Below, in pieces: positions 12,600-25,207 of a stretch of DNA of 64,000 bases. How positions within the stretch are numbered: the stretch's first letter is position 1; each line of letters starts with the position of its first letter. The notes beneath the pieces are model-generated. The model saw nothing but the letters and a program-made list of their open reading frames with translations. It had not been told where the DNA came from and ran no database searches. A program made the position numbers and the translations under genes. The stretch spans positions 60,574,001 through 60,638,000 of the forward strand of contig OX597820.1 of NCBI GenBank assembly GCA_951406725.2, given 5' to 3'. The DNA is from Octopus vulgaris (taxonomy: Eukaryota).

Positions 12600-14925
12600 C
12601 AAATGAGAGCGGCCGTTAGCGATTGGTAACTGGAGCCTTACAATCTTTACAAGCAGAAACTAGACGAAGAAGCCAAATGTTATCAGCTAGATATAGTCGG
12701 GATTTTCTCTATAAACTTTCGTAAGCTCTCGATGGAATACAGAAGTCCCTCTATTAAAGTGAGGTGCTGAGTAGGACTGTACAGGCGGGAGTGTGGTGGG
12801 ATACTCACAAATCTCCGGCTGTCGGATTGTGCTATGAAATTAGATTCCTTTGTGCAGAAGAGTTTGTCTCCTGAAGATTAGGCCGCAAAAAGTGCTAGGG
12901 TTAATTCAAGTTAATGCACTCAATAGAGCGTTCAAATACTGGTTCTTCCTTGACGATGCTACTGCAGCTTTAGTTATGGTTAAGATCGAACTATTTCTTC
13001 TTTCCGGATACTTCACCACACATGATACAATGTTTGGGAGGAACGGTAACCGCAATCCGAATACCGACGGGGAGGGTTTGTTAGACTTTTGTGTTGGAAA
13101 TGGCATCTCTATGATGAACACCTTCTTCCAGCACAAAGATATATATTGGTACATCTGGCATTAGGATATCGTGGAACAGAAGTTACAGTCGATTTTTTAA
13201 AAATCGTCTTTGATATCTTTAAATCTGTGCTGAACGTTCGTGTAAAGAGAAGGATGAGCTGTCAACTGATCACTATACAGTTCTTCACAATCTGAGACTA
13301 TATACATTTAATAAGATCCACAAAACTGGTAGGTCCCGAGCGAGCTACGAGATGAAGTGTGAGACCATGACTGATGATGGTGTGAGGATCAACTATATGA
13401 ACACTATTGCAGGGAACTTCCTAAACAATCCGAGAAGGTTGAAACGGAGTGGAAACTGTTCAACTCAGTAGTTTCTTACTCAGCTTTTCAATAGTGTGAC
13501 CGAAGGCGGCTCGGTGAATGTACCGATTGGCAGGAAAACCCCCAGACTTAAACAGGAAGTTAAAGAATGCCATCTGAGCTAATGAAGCTTACAAGATTTC
13601 CTTTTCCCTCTGGTAATATAATGAAAAACAAATGGTTACATCAGAGACATTAAGATGTCAAAGGATAAGTCGGGAAAATTTTGAGGTTAGAGTAGTGTGT
13701 CTTCGAGTTGTGGAGAGATAACTTTGTCGAATTCCTAAATCTGGTCATGATTACACCTCAGATCGGCACGAGAGGTACTTGGGACGAAGACTGGCTTTAC
13801 AGAGGCTGAAGACAGAATGAAATTAAAAACGCTCAAATGTGGCAAATTCGCTTGCGAAGATGAAATTCGTCCAAAAATTCTCCTTAAATAGAAGAGATAT
13901 TCTCTAGCTGACCCGCGTAAGCTATGTGGCCTGGACCTCCGGAAAGGTACCCAAGCAATGTTTATTGTAATAATCCCAATTATTAAAAAAAGGGCGAGAA
14001 AAGAAAGTGGTCTAATTACAGAATAATTTCACTGTTAAGCCACACCTGCGAAGTCTGAGCTAAGTGTCAAGAAGAGAGATGTAACGACAATGAACTAGAT
14101 TGTGGTGAAAGTGGTATAAAAACCACTGAAAGAAAGATCAGGTATCAGTCGGCTAACATTTTTTGACTTGGTGTTATTTAGCGCTTCAGAAGGTGAATAT
14201 TTTAGCATACCCTAAATAGGTCTGCTACCAAGGGTTGTAAGGCAGGGATGAAAACCAGTAATACGAAAACTGAGAAATTAATCCTCTCGAGAAAGTCTCC
14301 CCAGTGCGCTTTGCTTTGTTGGGGATCACTTTGGAGCAGGTGAAGAAGTACCTCGGGGCCGCTTCCACGTGTGATTGAAGACAGTAGGCTGAATTAGTGG
14401 GAATAAAGTGCCAGCTTCAGCGAGATTCCTAAATCAGAAGGAAATCCGAATTAAAGATATTTGAAAATTGAAGTGAAAAGGCCAAACTCGTTTTCTCAAA
14501 TTCGAATTTCGTGCCGACACTTACTTATGATTATTCATCTTGAGTAGTATCCGAAAGAGTACGATCGCGTTTACGAGGATCACTGGAGTGACGTTACTAG
14601 ATAGGGTACATGACTCGCAGATCAGGGAATCAGGCCAAAGTTGACCCACTATTTCTTTGCATTGTAGAGTTTTAGCTTCGGTGCAATGAGCATGTAGTTA
14701 GAATGTCCGAGCAAAAAATTGCAGGACAGATTTTATGGTCAAGACCAACCGATGGGAGACATTGAGGGAAATTACGAACAAGATGGTGGGACAATATCCA
14801 TAGCTTCAGTTGGTCTCGCTTGGGGAACCTTTGCTGGTGGTTACTCTTGAAGGCGTGACTAGGAACATTGGCCCTCGTGACCTTCAAAGAAATAAGTGTG
14901 TTATGAAGATGGTTGGAAGGACGGA
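12600..14925 (+). mobile_element. Decayed RTE-clade LINE (APE endonuclease, partial RT, 3' tail)
   Basis: IGNW...YQLDIVG start; GRNGNRNPNTDGEGLLDFCVGNGISMMNTFFQHK (APE); IIPIIKKG...SNYR; Expander/Rex3-like 3' end. Many stops and frameshifts; shorter than an intact element. Confidence 0.8.
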
Positions 14926-15479
14926 AAAAGACGAGCTAAAAAAGTATTGGAAATTACCAAGAAGAACATTTTCTAAAGTAGAATAAAAATAAACTCATCA
15001 TGTAATGTCTGAAGTCAGACGAAGAAAATAGATGCGAGAAGAAATGTACGCGCGCATGCACAGACACACACACACACACACACACACAATGCTTGTACAT
15101 ATGTATGTATCTGTGTGTATATGCATGTATGTGCGTATGTATAATATAATGTATAATATAATGTATTTTATATTTCATATGTATGTATCTGTGTCTGTCT
15201 ATCTATATGCTTTTATTAAAAAATTTTAAAATTGATACAATTATACATACTTTGTTTTTGTTTTCGTTTCTCATTGTGTTCAACGTTTTTTTATGTCTTG
15301 TACCCATACATGCGTGTGTATATATACATATATATGTAGGTATGTACATATATGTATGTATATATGCATATATTTATATATTATTTATATTATTATATGA
15401 TCGAACACCACGCATCCTTTTCCAAGTAAGTTTTATCTACATACATACATACATACATACATGCATACATACATACAGA

Positions 15480-15561
<82 letters not shown>

Positions 15562-15904
15562 TCTGAACTGGCTGAATCACATCATGAAGCAGTTGTGGAG
15601 ATCAAATTAGAGAAAAATAGAATTAAAACGATTGAAAAAAAAAATGAAATTAAGAAGTTGTTTCCAAAAACAAAAGTAACAAAAAAAAAACAAGAAACAA
15701 AAGAGAATAAAATAAAATAGAACAAAATATGATCGAAAAAAAAAAGAAACGCCAAAACAAAGAAAAATGTCAAAAGTTTTGTTTTTGCGACATGAGAAGT
15801 TACTTTTTACCTGTTAAAGTCAGATATTGTAGAAAACTTAATCGGAAAATGAGGGATAACAATCAAAATTTTAAAAATTTTGGCTGAGAGTGTGCCCTCT
15901 TCAG

Positions 15905-15990
15905 TAGCCGCCCCTCCCCTCTAATTAGAAGCACGTGTCCCCAGCAAGGTGCTATAAACTGCTTGGAGGACGGCACCATTCATTCAAGTT
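15905..15990 (+). promoter_or_regulatory. Candidate RNA Pol II core promoter
   Basis: CCGCCC box (15908), CACGTG E-box (15932), TATAAA (15953) and Inr-like TCATTC with A at 15982, 29 nt after the TATA T. Sequence motifs only. Confidence 0.4.
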
Positions 15991-17759
15991 GGCAGCGATA
16001 AGGCAATAACGTCGTTGTCGTTTACCTGCCACTAAGGCATTGCACCGACCAATGTTGGTCTATTGCTACTACTACTGCTACTGCTACTGCTGCTGCTGCT
16101 GCTGCTGCTGTCATTTAGATATTTTACTGCGAAATAAAGCGGGAAAATATACCGGGGTGTTAGCAACAACAACGTGTGCTAAATGTTGCAGCGATTACTG
16201 TGGTAGAAATCATAATAATAGACGTTACGACGGCTATTATACTTGTGCCAAGGAAGCTGGTGACACCGGTAACGTTGGCGATGCTGGCGGTGCTGGTGTT
16301 GTTTGTTATTGGGTAAGGATGAGTAATGGGGGATGGATGCTGGTGTGTGTGTTTCTGATGGTATTAATGGCAGGGCTGGTGTTGGAGAGAGGACGCTAGC
16401 TGATGATGAAGCTGCTAGTAACGGCGAACGAGTGATAATAATAATGATGTTGGCGATGGTGGCAGCAGTGAGTGCTGGTAGTGGTGGTGTCGGTGATCAA
16501 GGGACTGGTTGATGATAGAGGCGGTACGGATGCTAGGAGTTGACTTGTATGATAATGCTGGCAGGCTTGATGATGAGAATGGCGCTACTACTAAAGAAGG
16601 AGTGTGTCTGCCGTTAGGTGGAGGTTGGGGCCACTGATCGCACCCTATCTTAATTAAGTAGCTGAAAATACATCACAAAGGAATAAGCTATTGTTTTAAA
16701 GGTCATCAGTAGCAATAGTTTGGTGCTGCCATCTACCACGTTCCCCTTCCAGGCATTTAATACATCTAAATCACTCTAGCAGCGAATTGAACAAGTATTC
16801 CACGAGCCAGCGCTGGAGCCGGTAAGTGGTTGCTCGACCTACGAGAAATAACAGCCAAATCGCCCTCAAATTACACCATACCCTCTTTAAAAATGGATGA
16901 TATATTACTTAATGTCGTCCTAAGTATACTCTTTCAGTCTAAAAGAGGTGGTGATCATGTCTGGAATGTTTGTTTTCTACCATAGGTCAAAGCACGATCT
17001 CATTTAATCTGAAACTAATCAACAAGTACTTCAGGTTATCGTACAACACGGTTCGAATCTACTGCGCGGCACCTTGTTAAAGTATGTTCACACATAACTT
17101 CACTCAAACCAAACCATTGTGAGTAAAGTTTGGAAGACGGAATCTGTGTGGAAGTCAATTCTGTTTTGAGCCGGTTGCGAAAATTCGTCATCCAGTTTGA
17201 CATCCCACCTAGTTTTTAGCTACCTTTAACCCTCTGCTTATAACTAAAACAATTGTATAGTAATTAAAACACGATTTTATCACAGCCAGAAGAGGAAGGG
17301 CGACTCCCATGAGTATCTCCGAAACTTATGAAAAGTATGGAGGGTGGTACCTTCATACTGGTAACTTGTCTCGAATGATTCCAATAGAGTGAACTCCACT
17401 AAAAGACACCCACGGACCAGGTGGTGGAGTTATACTAAGTGACCAATGCAACCATCTCTGTGCATGTTTATATAAACAGATCGATGTTAAATAAGACGTA
17501 ATATGTAGATGTCCGTGTTTGCGAGCCTCTTCCGAATCCTACTGAAAAACAACAATGAACTTAAAAAGATGAATGTTAAAAATGCCATTTCCGATTCGTA
17601 GAGTTTGAAGACATGTTCATAGGCGAAAGAAATCAATGTATAATTCATAATTTCATGTCTATTGCAGGTTGGTTATTTAAAATACATTTTTGGTGACAGT
17701 TACTGTAGGAAAACATTAAAATATTATTAAGAATGAATTGATTACTATACAGACAAGTC

Positions 17760-18080
17760 AGTATAGTTAAGAAGTTCCCTTCGAGTCCAGTTCCACTGCG
17801 CGACATCTTGGGCAAGTGTCTTCAACTGTTGCTTCGAATTGACCAATGAATATCTTGTGAGTGAATTTCGTAGAGGGAAACTAAGTGCAAGCCTGTCGTA
17901 AATATCTGTGTGTATGTGGGTGTGTGAGTTAACTGGCGTTGGTTTGTTTACGTTCCATAAGTTAGCGGTTCAGATTTTTAAAATAAGTACTATGGTGATT
18001 TGTTTGACTAAATCCTTCGAGACGGTGCTCCAGCATGACCACAGTCCAATGACTGAAACAAGTAAAAGAATAAAACCATA
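17760..18080 (+). mobile_element. SINE family A, diverged
   Basis: CTTGGGCAAGTGTCTTC and GACTGAAACAAGTAAAAG motifs. Confidence 0.75.
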
Positions 18081-18229
18081 AAGAAAAAGGAGTCTTCCAA
18101 ATACCATTTTTAAAAATGATATTTTCGGAATAAATAACTTTTTATTAGACATAACCATAAATTTTAGACAGAATCGAACCTTTCATCTCTTCTGTCCCAG
18201 ATTGTCAGTTTAATGGATTCTTTTCTTTA

Positions 18230-18590
18230 ATCTTTTATTCTTTTGACCGCGTCTAAGCTGGGCCACCGCCTTAAAGAGCCTTAGTTGAAGAAATCGACTA
18301 CAGGACTTATTCCTTGTAAGCCTTAGTACTTATTCTATCGGACTCTTTTGCCGAGCCGCTAGTCACGGGGACGTAAACACACCAGCATCAGTTGTCAAGC
18401 GATGGTGGGGAGACAAACACAGGCACAAGTACACACACACTCACAAACACACACACATATGTACACACACACATACACATACAACGGGCTTCTTTCAGTT
18501 TCCGGCTATCAAATCCACTCACAAGGCTTTGGTCAGCCCGAAGCTATAGTAAAAGAAACTTGCGCAATGTGCCACGCGATGGGACTGATT
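18230..18590 (-). mobile_element. SINE family A
   Basis: Colinear copy, head truncated. Confidence 0.85.
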
Positions 18591-18864
18591 TTCGAAAAGT
18601 GCGAAAAAAAAAGCATTCAAAAAACAAAACTTTACAAAAACGACTAAAAACAAACATATTTAAGATGTTAAAAAATAGTTAACATTAAGAAATGTTATTT
18701 TTTAATTTTGTTCCACTAGCAATAGCATAATCTAAAGTAACTACAGAACTCGTTTAACACGAAATTAATTAATTGATAAAAACAGAATGTATTTGTTTCG
18801 CAGCAAAAAGGAGAGTGCTAGTAGTAATAAGCAGAGCATTTGTTAAAATGAATATTAGAGTTTT

Positions 18865-19248
18865 AAGGCGGCGAGCTGGCAGAAATGTTAGCACGCCGGG
18901 CAAAATGCTTAGCAGTATTTCGTCTGCCGCTACGTTCTGAGTTTAAATTCTGCCGAGGTCGACTTTGCCTTTCATCCTTTCGGGGTCGATAAATTAAGTA
19001 CCAGTTACGCACTGGGGTAGATATAATCGACTCAATCCGTTTGTCTGTCCTTGTTTGTCCTCTCAGTGTTTAGCCCCTTGTGGGTAGTAAAGAAATAGAA
19101 ATAGGTATTTCGTCTGCCGCTACGTTCTGAGTTCAAATTCCGCCGCGGTCGACTTTGCCTTTCATCCTTTCGGGGTCGATAAATTAAGTACCAGTTACGC
19201 ACTGGGGTCGATGTAATCGACTTAATCCGTTTATCTGTCCTTGTTTGC

Positions 19249-19293
<45 letters not shown>

Positions 19294-19500
19294 AGCCCCT
19301 TGTGGGCAGTAAAGAAATAAGAAACGTTAGCACGCCGGGCGAAATGCTTACGTTCTGAGTTTAAATTCCGCCGAGGTCGACTTTGCCTTTCATCCTTTCG
19401 GGGACGATAAATTAAGTATCAGTTGCGTACTGGGGCCGATCTAATCGATTGGCCCTCTCCCCCAAAATTTCGGGTCTTGTGCCCAGAGGAGAAAAGAATA
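18865..19500 (+). mobile_element. SINE family B, three tandem units
   Basis: AAGGCGGCGAGCTGGCAG head, then the GAGTTYAAATTC...GGGGTCGATAAATTAAGTA unit three times, ending in a CCCCAAAATTTCGGG...AGAAAAGAAT tail. Confidence 0.9.
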
Positions 19501-19818
19501 TAAGAGAGTTTTAAAAAGTAACAGGTTATTACTGGAATTATCTGATATGTTTCATTAAAAAAGAGTTTTTAACTCGTTTTAGCCATTGGACTGCGGTCAT
19601 GCTGTGGTACCAGATTAAAAGGTTTAGTAGAATAAATCGACCCTAGTACTTAGTCATTTTAAAGTTTGGTTCCTATTCTATAGTTCTTTTGCTAAAGCGC
19701 TAGGTTACAGGAGCGTAAAGCTAATACCCATTGTCAAGTGATACACACATACACACAAACACGCACACACAAACATACATACACACATAAATGCATATAC
19801 ATATACATACATATATAT

Positions 19819-20115
19819 GCGTGGAGGCACCTGGCCTAGTAGTTAGAGCAGCGGACTCGCGGTCGAGGTGTCGCGGGTTCGAATCTCAGACCGGGTGATG
19901 TGTGTGTTCATAAGCAAAACACCTAAGGTACACCCGGGTCCAGCAGAAGGTAATGGCGAAACTTCTGCTGACTCTTTCGCCACAGCTTTCTCTCACTCTT
20001 TCCTCCTGTATCTAGCAGTTCACCTGACCGGCGTCCCATTCAGGTGGAGAACCTATACGCCAAGGAAACCGGCCCATTATGAGCCAGGCATGGCTTGAGA
20101 AGAAAAAAAAACAAA
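19819..20115 (+). mobile_element. tRNA-derived SINE family C (tRNA-Arg-like head)
   Basis: TGGCCTAGTAGTTAG A box, CTCGCG anticodon-loop region, GGTTCGAATCT B box, A-rich tail. Confidence 0.8.
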
Positions 20116-20124
20116 CATATATAT

Positions 20125-20635
20125 ATGCAATAGGTAAATTGTCACCATTTTATATTTTAATTTCGCACATGCGCATTGTTTATTTTTGATTTTGTCGACT
20201 ACACACTATAATAGGGTCAGTTGGGCACTGTATGAGGGAAATACAGCACCATGATGCAATTCTCTCTGCCAGAAATTTGGAAACCACATGCTGTAGAGTT
20301 TTGTATTCGCGCCGGAAGCTCCAATACGAACGTTTCAGAGTGTTTGGCTGTCAATTTGAGGACATGCACCGAGAGTGATAAAAATCAAACATCCAGACAA
20401 CATCACGGTGTTTGGAGTGATCACTAGTGATGGTGACGTTATGCCTCCATTCATCTTCCCACGCGGCTTCACACTGAACTAAGAGACCTATATCAAGTAC
20501 CTGGAGGAAGTAGTGCTGCCCTGAATCAAGAAGGTGGCTGTTGGAAGACCCTATGTGCTGCTACGGAACTCTAGCACCAAGCTACACAAGCAGTAGAACC
20601 AAATCATGGCTGTCAGATAATTTCTGACACATCAC
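20125..20635 (+). mobile_element. Tc1/mariner superfamily (maT/DD37D-like) transposase fragment, internally deleted
   Basis: Translates to KHPDNITVFGVITSDGDVMPPFIFPRGF...YIKYLEEVVLP*IKKVAVGRPYV...SWLSDNF, with stops. Cut at the right by a SINE B cluster. Confidence 0.75.
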
Positions 20636-21190
20636 GCCTGGCGAAATATTTAGCAGTATTTCGTCTGCCGCTACGTTCTGAGTTCAAATTCCGCCGAGGT
20701 CGACTTTGCCTTTCATCCTTTCGGGGTCGATAAATTAAGTACTAGTTACGCACTGGGGTCGATATAATCAACTTAATCCGTTTGTCTGTCCTTGCTTGTT
20801 CCTTCTGTGTTTAGCCCCTTGTGGGTAGTAAAGAAATAGGTATTTCGTCTGTCTTTACGTTTTGAGTTCAAATTCCGCCAGGTCGACTTTGCCTTTCATC
20901 CTTTCAGGATCAATTAAATAAGTACCAGTTGCGCACTGAGTTGATATATTTGACTTAATCCGTTTGTCTGTTCTTGTTTGTCCTCCCTGTGTTTAGCCCC
21001 TTGTAGGTAGTAAAGAAATAGGTATTTCGTCTGTCTTTATGTTCTAAGTTCAAATTCCAGCGATGTCGACTTTGGCTTTCATCCTTTCAGGGTCGATAAA
21101 TCAAATACCAGTTGCGTACCGGGGTTGATCTAATCGACTTCTCCGCCTCCCCCAAAATTTCGGGCCTTGCGCCTAGTGTAGAAAAGATTA
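20636..21190 (+). mobile_element. SINE family B, three tandem units
   Basis: GTATTTCGTCTG recurs at 20656, 20840 and 21022 (period ~183 bp). Confidence 0.9.
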
Positions 21191-21928
21191 TATTTTATAT
21201 TTACTCTTCTACCAGCTCATATTTAAACCTTTAGAGCACTTCGAAGTGTATTCTATATAAGAGAACACCTGTTTTTAACCTATATATATATATATAAATT
21301 TAGTATGTAAGAGGTGGTAAATTTCTGTAATAAATGTATTTACCATTGTAAAACAGCTTGTATTATATTTATATTAAATAAACGCTTATAGTTTATAACC
21401 ATTCGACTTATTTATTTAACAAGTTGTCCTGATCTATGCGTATTTTTACACCTTGAAACTAGAAATTTAATGTTAAGTGTAAACATTTATACGAAAAGAA
21501 AATAAGAAATTCGTTCTGTTATTTAATATTAAAAAAGAAATACTTTAGTTAAGTCCCCTGTCAAGACCCCTTTGGTTTCTGCTACCCCTATCGACGTAAC
21601 CAATATCAACTGATATTGTTCAATGCTGCCGTTCTGTTTATCTTGAAAAGTCTCGAGAACAATGGCTAGTTTTCAGTTTGACACTTCCGTCTTATATGAA
21701 GTACCAAAGAAATGATTTAAGAAATTGGTTAGGACGCCTGAGGAGCTCTTATTCAAATCTTGAGCTTTCTATTGTCCTTGAAGAGCGCTTACCAAAAAGA
21801 CGATTAAGGTCAATTTTATTCACAATAATTTCTTCCGTTCATACCAGTTCAGTAATGCCTCAGGTCGTCATATACGAAGAGGACACAGGTTTGTCCTCCC
21901 TCCCTTCCCTCTTACGCGCTCTTTTTCC

Positions 21929-21998
<70 letters not shown>

Positions 21999-22596
21999 CA
22001 CATATATATATACATACATATATACATATACACACATATACATATATATATACATACATACACACACACGTGTGCGTGCATGTGTCTGTGCCTGTGTGTC
22101 TGTGTGTATGTGTGCAAACATTGCATTCCAAAACCGTTTGTCCATAAACAATTATTGACGGACACTTGCCTACTAAAACTTGATCACTGAAAACACAAAC
22201 TCCTATGGATTACTCAAAATAATGTGGGTAATACGAAGAGATTTTACCAACATAACGGCCAGTTAAGTGCTTTCATTAAACCGGATGTATCTCATCATAA
22301 TATCTCTTAATAATTTTAACATTTCTAAAACCCAGTTCATTATTTCTACAAATTTTCCTTGGTGATTCAAACTGGACAATACAGATGTATATTTTTTACT
22401 GGTTGTCTTATTGAGATCTTGATTAACAAGATGCTCTTAATTTTCTTCAAGCCATTCATTCTAATTTTGTTGCTTTCTTCTTTAACGCCTTTGGGAGTGC
22501 TGCTGCTCTGATTTCAATTTTCATTAAAGCCAAATACACGTTTTCTTTGTGTTGTAGTTATTTGTTGTGCATTTCTGTATAACTTATGATAATTAT

Positions 22597-22928
22597 GTGA
22601 AGGCGCGTGGCTTAGTGGTTAGGGCATTCTGCTCACGACCGTATAGTTGTGATTTCAATTCCCGGCGACGCGTTGTGTCCTTGAGCAAGATACTTTATTT
22701 CACGTTACTCCAATCCACTCAGCTAGCAAAAATGAGTAATACTTCTATTTCAAAGGGCCAGCCTTGTCACACTCTGTGTCACGCTGAATCTCCCTGAGAA
22801 CTACGTCAAGGGTACACGTGTCTGTGGAGTGCTCAGCCACTTGCACGTAAATTTCACGAGCAAGATGCTCCGTTGATCGTATCAGCTGGGACCCTTGTCA
22901 TCGTAACCGACGGAGTGCTTCTTCTTCT
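22597..22928 (+). mobile_element. tRNA-derived CORE-type SINE family D
   Basis: TGGCTTAGTGGTTAG A box, ATTTCAATTCC B box, TGTGTCCTTGAGCAAGATACTT CORE-like block, (CTT)n tail. Decayed relatives at ~10400-10640 and ~52140-52305. Confidence 0.8.
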
Positions 22929-23159
22929 GCGATTATTATTGATAAACAAAATTTGTCTGCTAACAAACACCTCGAGACCAATCTAAAAAGGAGGTAAGCC
23001 ATTTACAACCTTGTGTTTGGATCTATCCAAGTGCATACACGTATGTGTGTATGTAAGCTTGCATGTATACATGCGCATATGTATGTATTTAGGTATGTAC
23101 ACACACACACACATATATATAACTGTATGTATGCATGTGCGTATATATATATATGTACA

Positions 23160-23540
23160 TATTCTTCTATTTGTTTCAGTCATTTGACTGCGGGCCTTGC
23201 TAGAGCACCGCCTTGAAGGATTTTAGTCGAACGAATCGACCCCAGGACTTATTTTTATGCCTAATATCTATTCTATCATTCTCTTTTGCCGAAGCGCTAA
23301 CCGATTGTCAAGCGATGATGTAGGGGTGGGGAAATACAGAAGCACAGACACACACACACACACACAAATATATATATGTATATATGACAGGTTTCTTTCA
23401 GTTTCCGTCTACCAAATCCACTCAGAAGGATTTTGGTCAGCTCGAGGCTAAAAAAGACACTCGCCCAAGGTGTCACGCAGTGGGACTGAACCCGGAACAA
23501 TGTGTTTGGGAAGCAAGCTTCTTACCACACAACCATGCTT
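23160..23540 (-). mobile_element. SINE family A
   Basis: Colinear copy with an internal deletion. Confidence 0.85.
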
Positions 23541-23689
23541 GTTTCTTTTTGTATTCATTTATAATAAAAACAATTTTATGTTAATCTGAAGGGTTACTCT
23601 ATACTTTTGTAGAGTACAAATTTATTATTCTTAAGCAAGAATATTATTGACCAAGGCTTCGAAGTCTCGGTCAGCTAAACCATCGTCGG

Positions 23690-23731
<42 letters not shown>

Positions 23732-23772
23732 GTGTGTGTGTAGTGTTTGAAGTGGTGTACAGATATTGTATA

Positions 23773-23948
23773 TTGAGAAAAAAGAGGCAGTCAGAATTTT
23801 GGATAATTCTTTATTAGCGCTTTTGTTTGTTCAGCGAACTTCCTACGACAAAATCAAAATTGTCCATTTTGATTTTGTCTTGAGTACGATAAACGAACGA
23901 ATGCGCTAATAAAGGATTATCCAAAATTCTGACTGCTTCTTTTTCTCA

Positions 23949-23949
<1 letters not shown>
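23773..23949. repeat. Fold-back element: ~58-bp outer inverted arms plus inner 14-bp hairpin
   Basis: TTGAGAAAAAAGAGGCAGTCAGAATTTTGGATAAT... / ...ATTATCCAAAATTCTGACTGCTTCTTTTTTCTCAA; inner GACAAAATCAAAAT-tgtcc-ATTTTGATTTTGTC. Confidence 0.85.
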
Positions 23950-24008
<59 letters not shown>

Positions 24009-24179
24009 TAATATATATATTTATATATATGTGTGTGTGTGTATAAAATCAAAATAAGCAACAGGATATTTTGATTTTATTCACCTTACTTCGAGCTGTG
24101 CGGATAATACCGGACTGACTTGGTGCTTCAACTTAAGTACCTAATTAAACTGACTCTCAATTATACATACATATGGCCG

Positions 24180-24240
24180 GATAACTGAAGAGATGGGTGC
24201 GTGGGTTTCCGCCCCGACATCTGAAACTCGGAGTTTTATC
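24180..24240 (+). ncRNA. Type I hammerhead ribozyme motif
   Basis: gataa-CUGAAGA-gatg ggtgcg...cgcccc ga catc t-GAAA-CUC(g)GAG-UU-ttatc. Perfect 5-bp stem I and near-palindromic stem III. Confidence 0.7.
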
Positions 24241-24275
24241 ATGGCTACCGAATAATTGTCACATATTATATTTAC

Positions 24276-24317
<42 letters not shown>

Positions 24318-24397
24318 ACAATCAAGGAACGGCCATAATAGGCCATTCACCCACTAGAAATAACAGCCAAAGCTTCAACCGATTAATTATATTAAGA

Positions 24398-24490
<93 letters not shown>

Positions 24491-24551
24491 CAGAGAGAGA
24501 GAGAGGGGAAGAAATAGAGAGTGAGAAAACAGCCACATACACACACACACA

Positions 24552-24590
<39 letters not shown>

Positions 24591-24804
24591 TCACACACAC
24601 ACGCACATACAAGCACATACACACTCAAATCCATGCTTCACTGCAGCCATGTTCGCAGAAGAATGTAATAAAAATTCGTTCACGTAAGAAATATTCAACA
24701 TCAAGGAACCATTCGAAACAGAAATTTGGAAGACGTGCATATTTTTAGAACCACAGATATATAGATTTTTATACGAACATTGCTTTATATTATATGTGGC
24801 TCTT

Positions 24805-25207
24805 AAGGCGGCGAGCTGGCAGAAACGTTTGTGCACCGGGCGAACCGCTTAGCGGTATTTCGTCTGTCTTTACGTTGTGAGTTCAAATTCCGCCAGGGTC
24901 GACTTTGCCTTTCATCCTTTCGGGGTCGATTAAATAAGTACCAGTTAGGCACTGGGATCGATATAATCGACTTAATCCGTTTGTCTGTCCTTGTTTGTCC
25001 CCTCTATATTTAGCCCCTTGTGGGTTATAAAGAAATAGGTATTTCGTCTGCCGCTACGTTCTGAGTCCAAATTCCGCCGAGGTCGACTTTGCCTTTCATC
25101 CTTTCGGGGTCGATTAAATAAGTACCAGTTGCGTACATGGGTTGATCTAATCGATTGGTCCCTCTCCCCAAAATTTCGGGCCTTGTGCCTAAAGTAGAAA
25201 AGATTAT
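24805..25207 (+). mobile_element. SINE family B, dimer
   Basis: Head, two units and terminal tail. Confidence 0.9.

Noticed and set aside
16040-16399. Cys/Gly-rich 119-aa ORF downstream of the candidate promoter
   Set aside because: Derived from CTG/CTA and degenerate triplet repeats; no recognisable domain.
16695-16720. Other CTGATGA occurrences (minus strand here; plus strand ~9981, ~13371, ~16401, ~35945)
   Set aside because: No downstream GAAA with stem III and stem I pairing, so not hammerheads.
20636-21190. Regularly spaced repeats suggestive of a CRISPR array
   Set aside because: Whole ~183-bp units repeat with no unique spacers, no cas genes, eukaryotic context.
24641-24690. Possible micro-exon CTGCAG|CCATG...CAC|GTAAGA
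   Set aside because: Weak polypyrimidine tract, no recognisable peptide; expected by chance in 64 kb.
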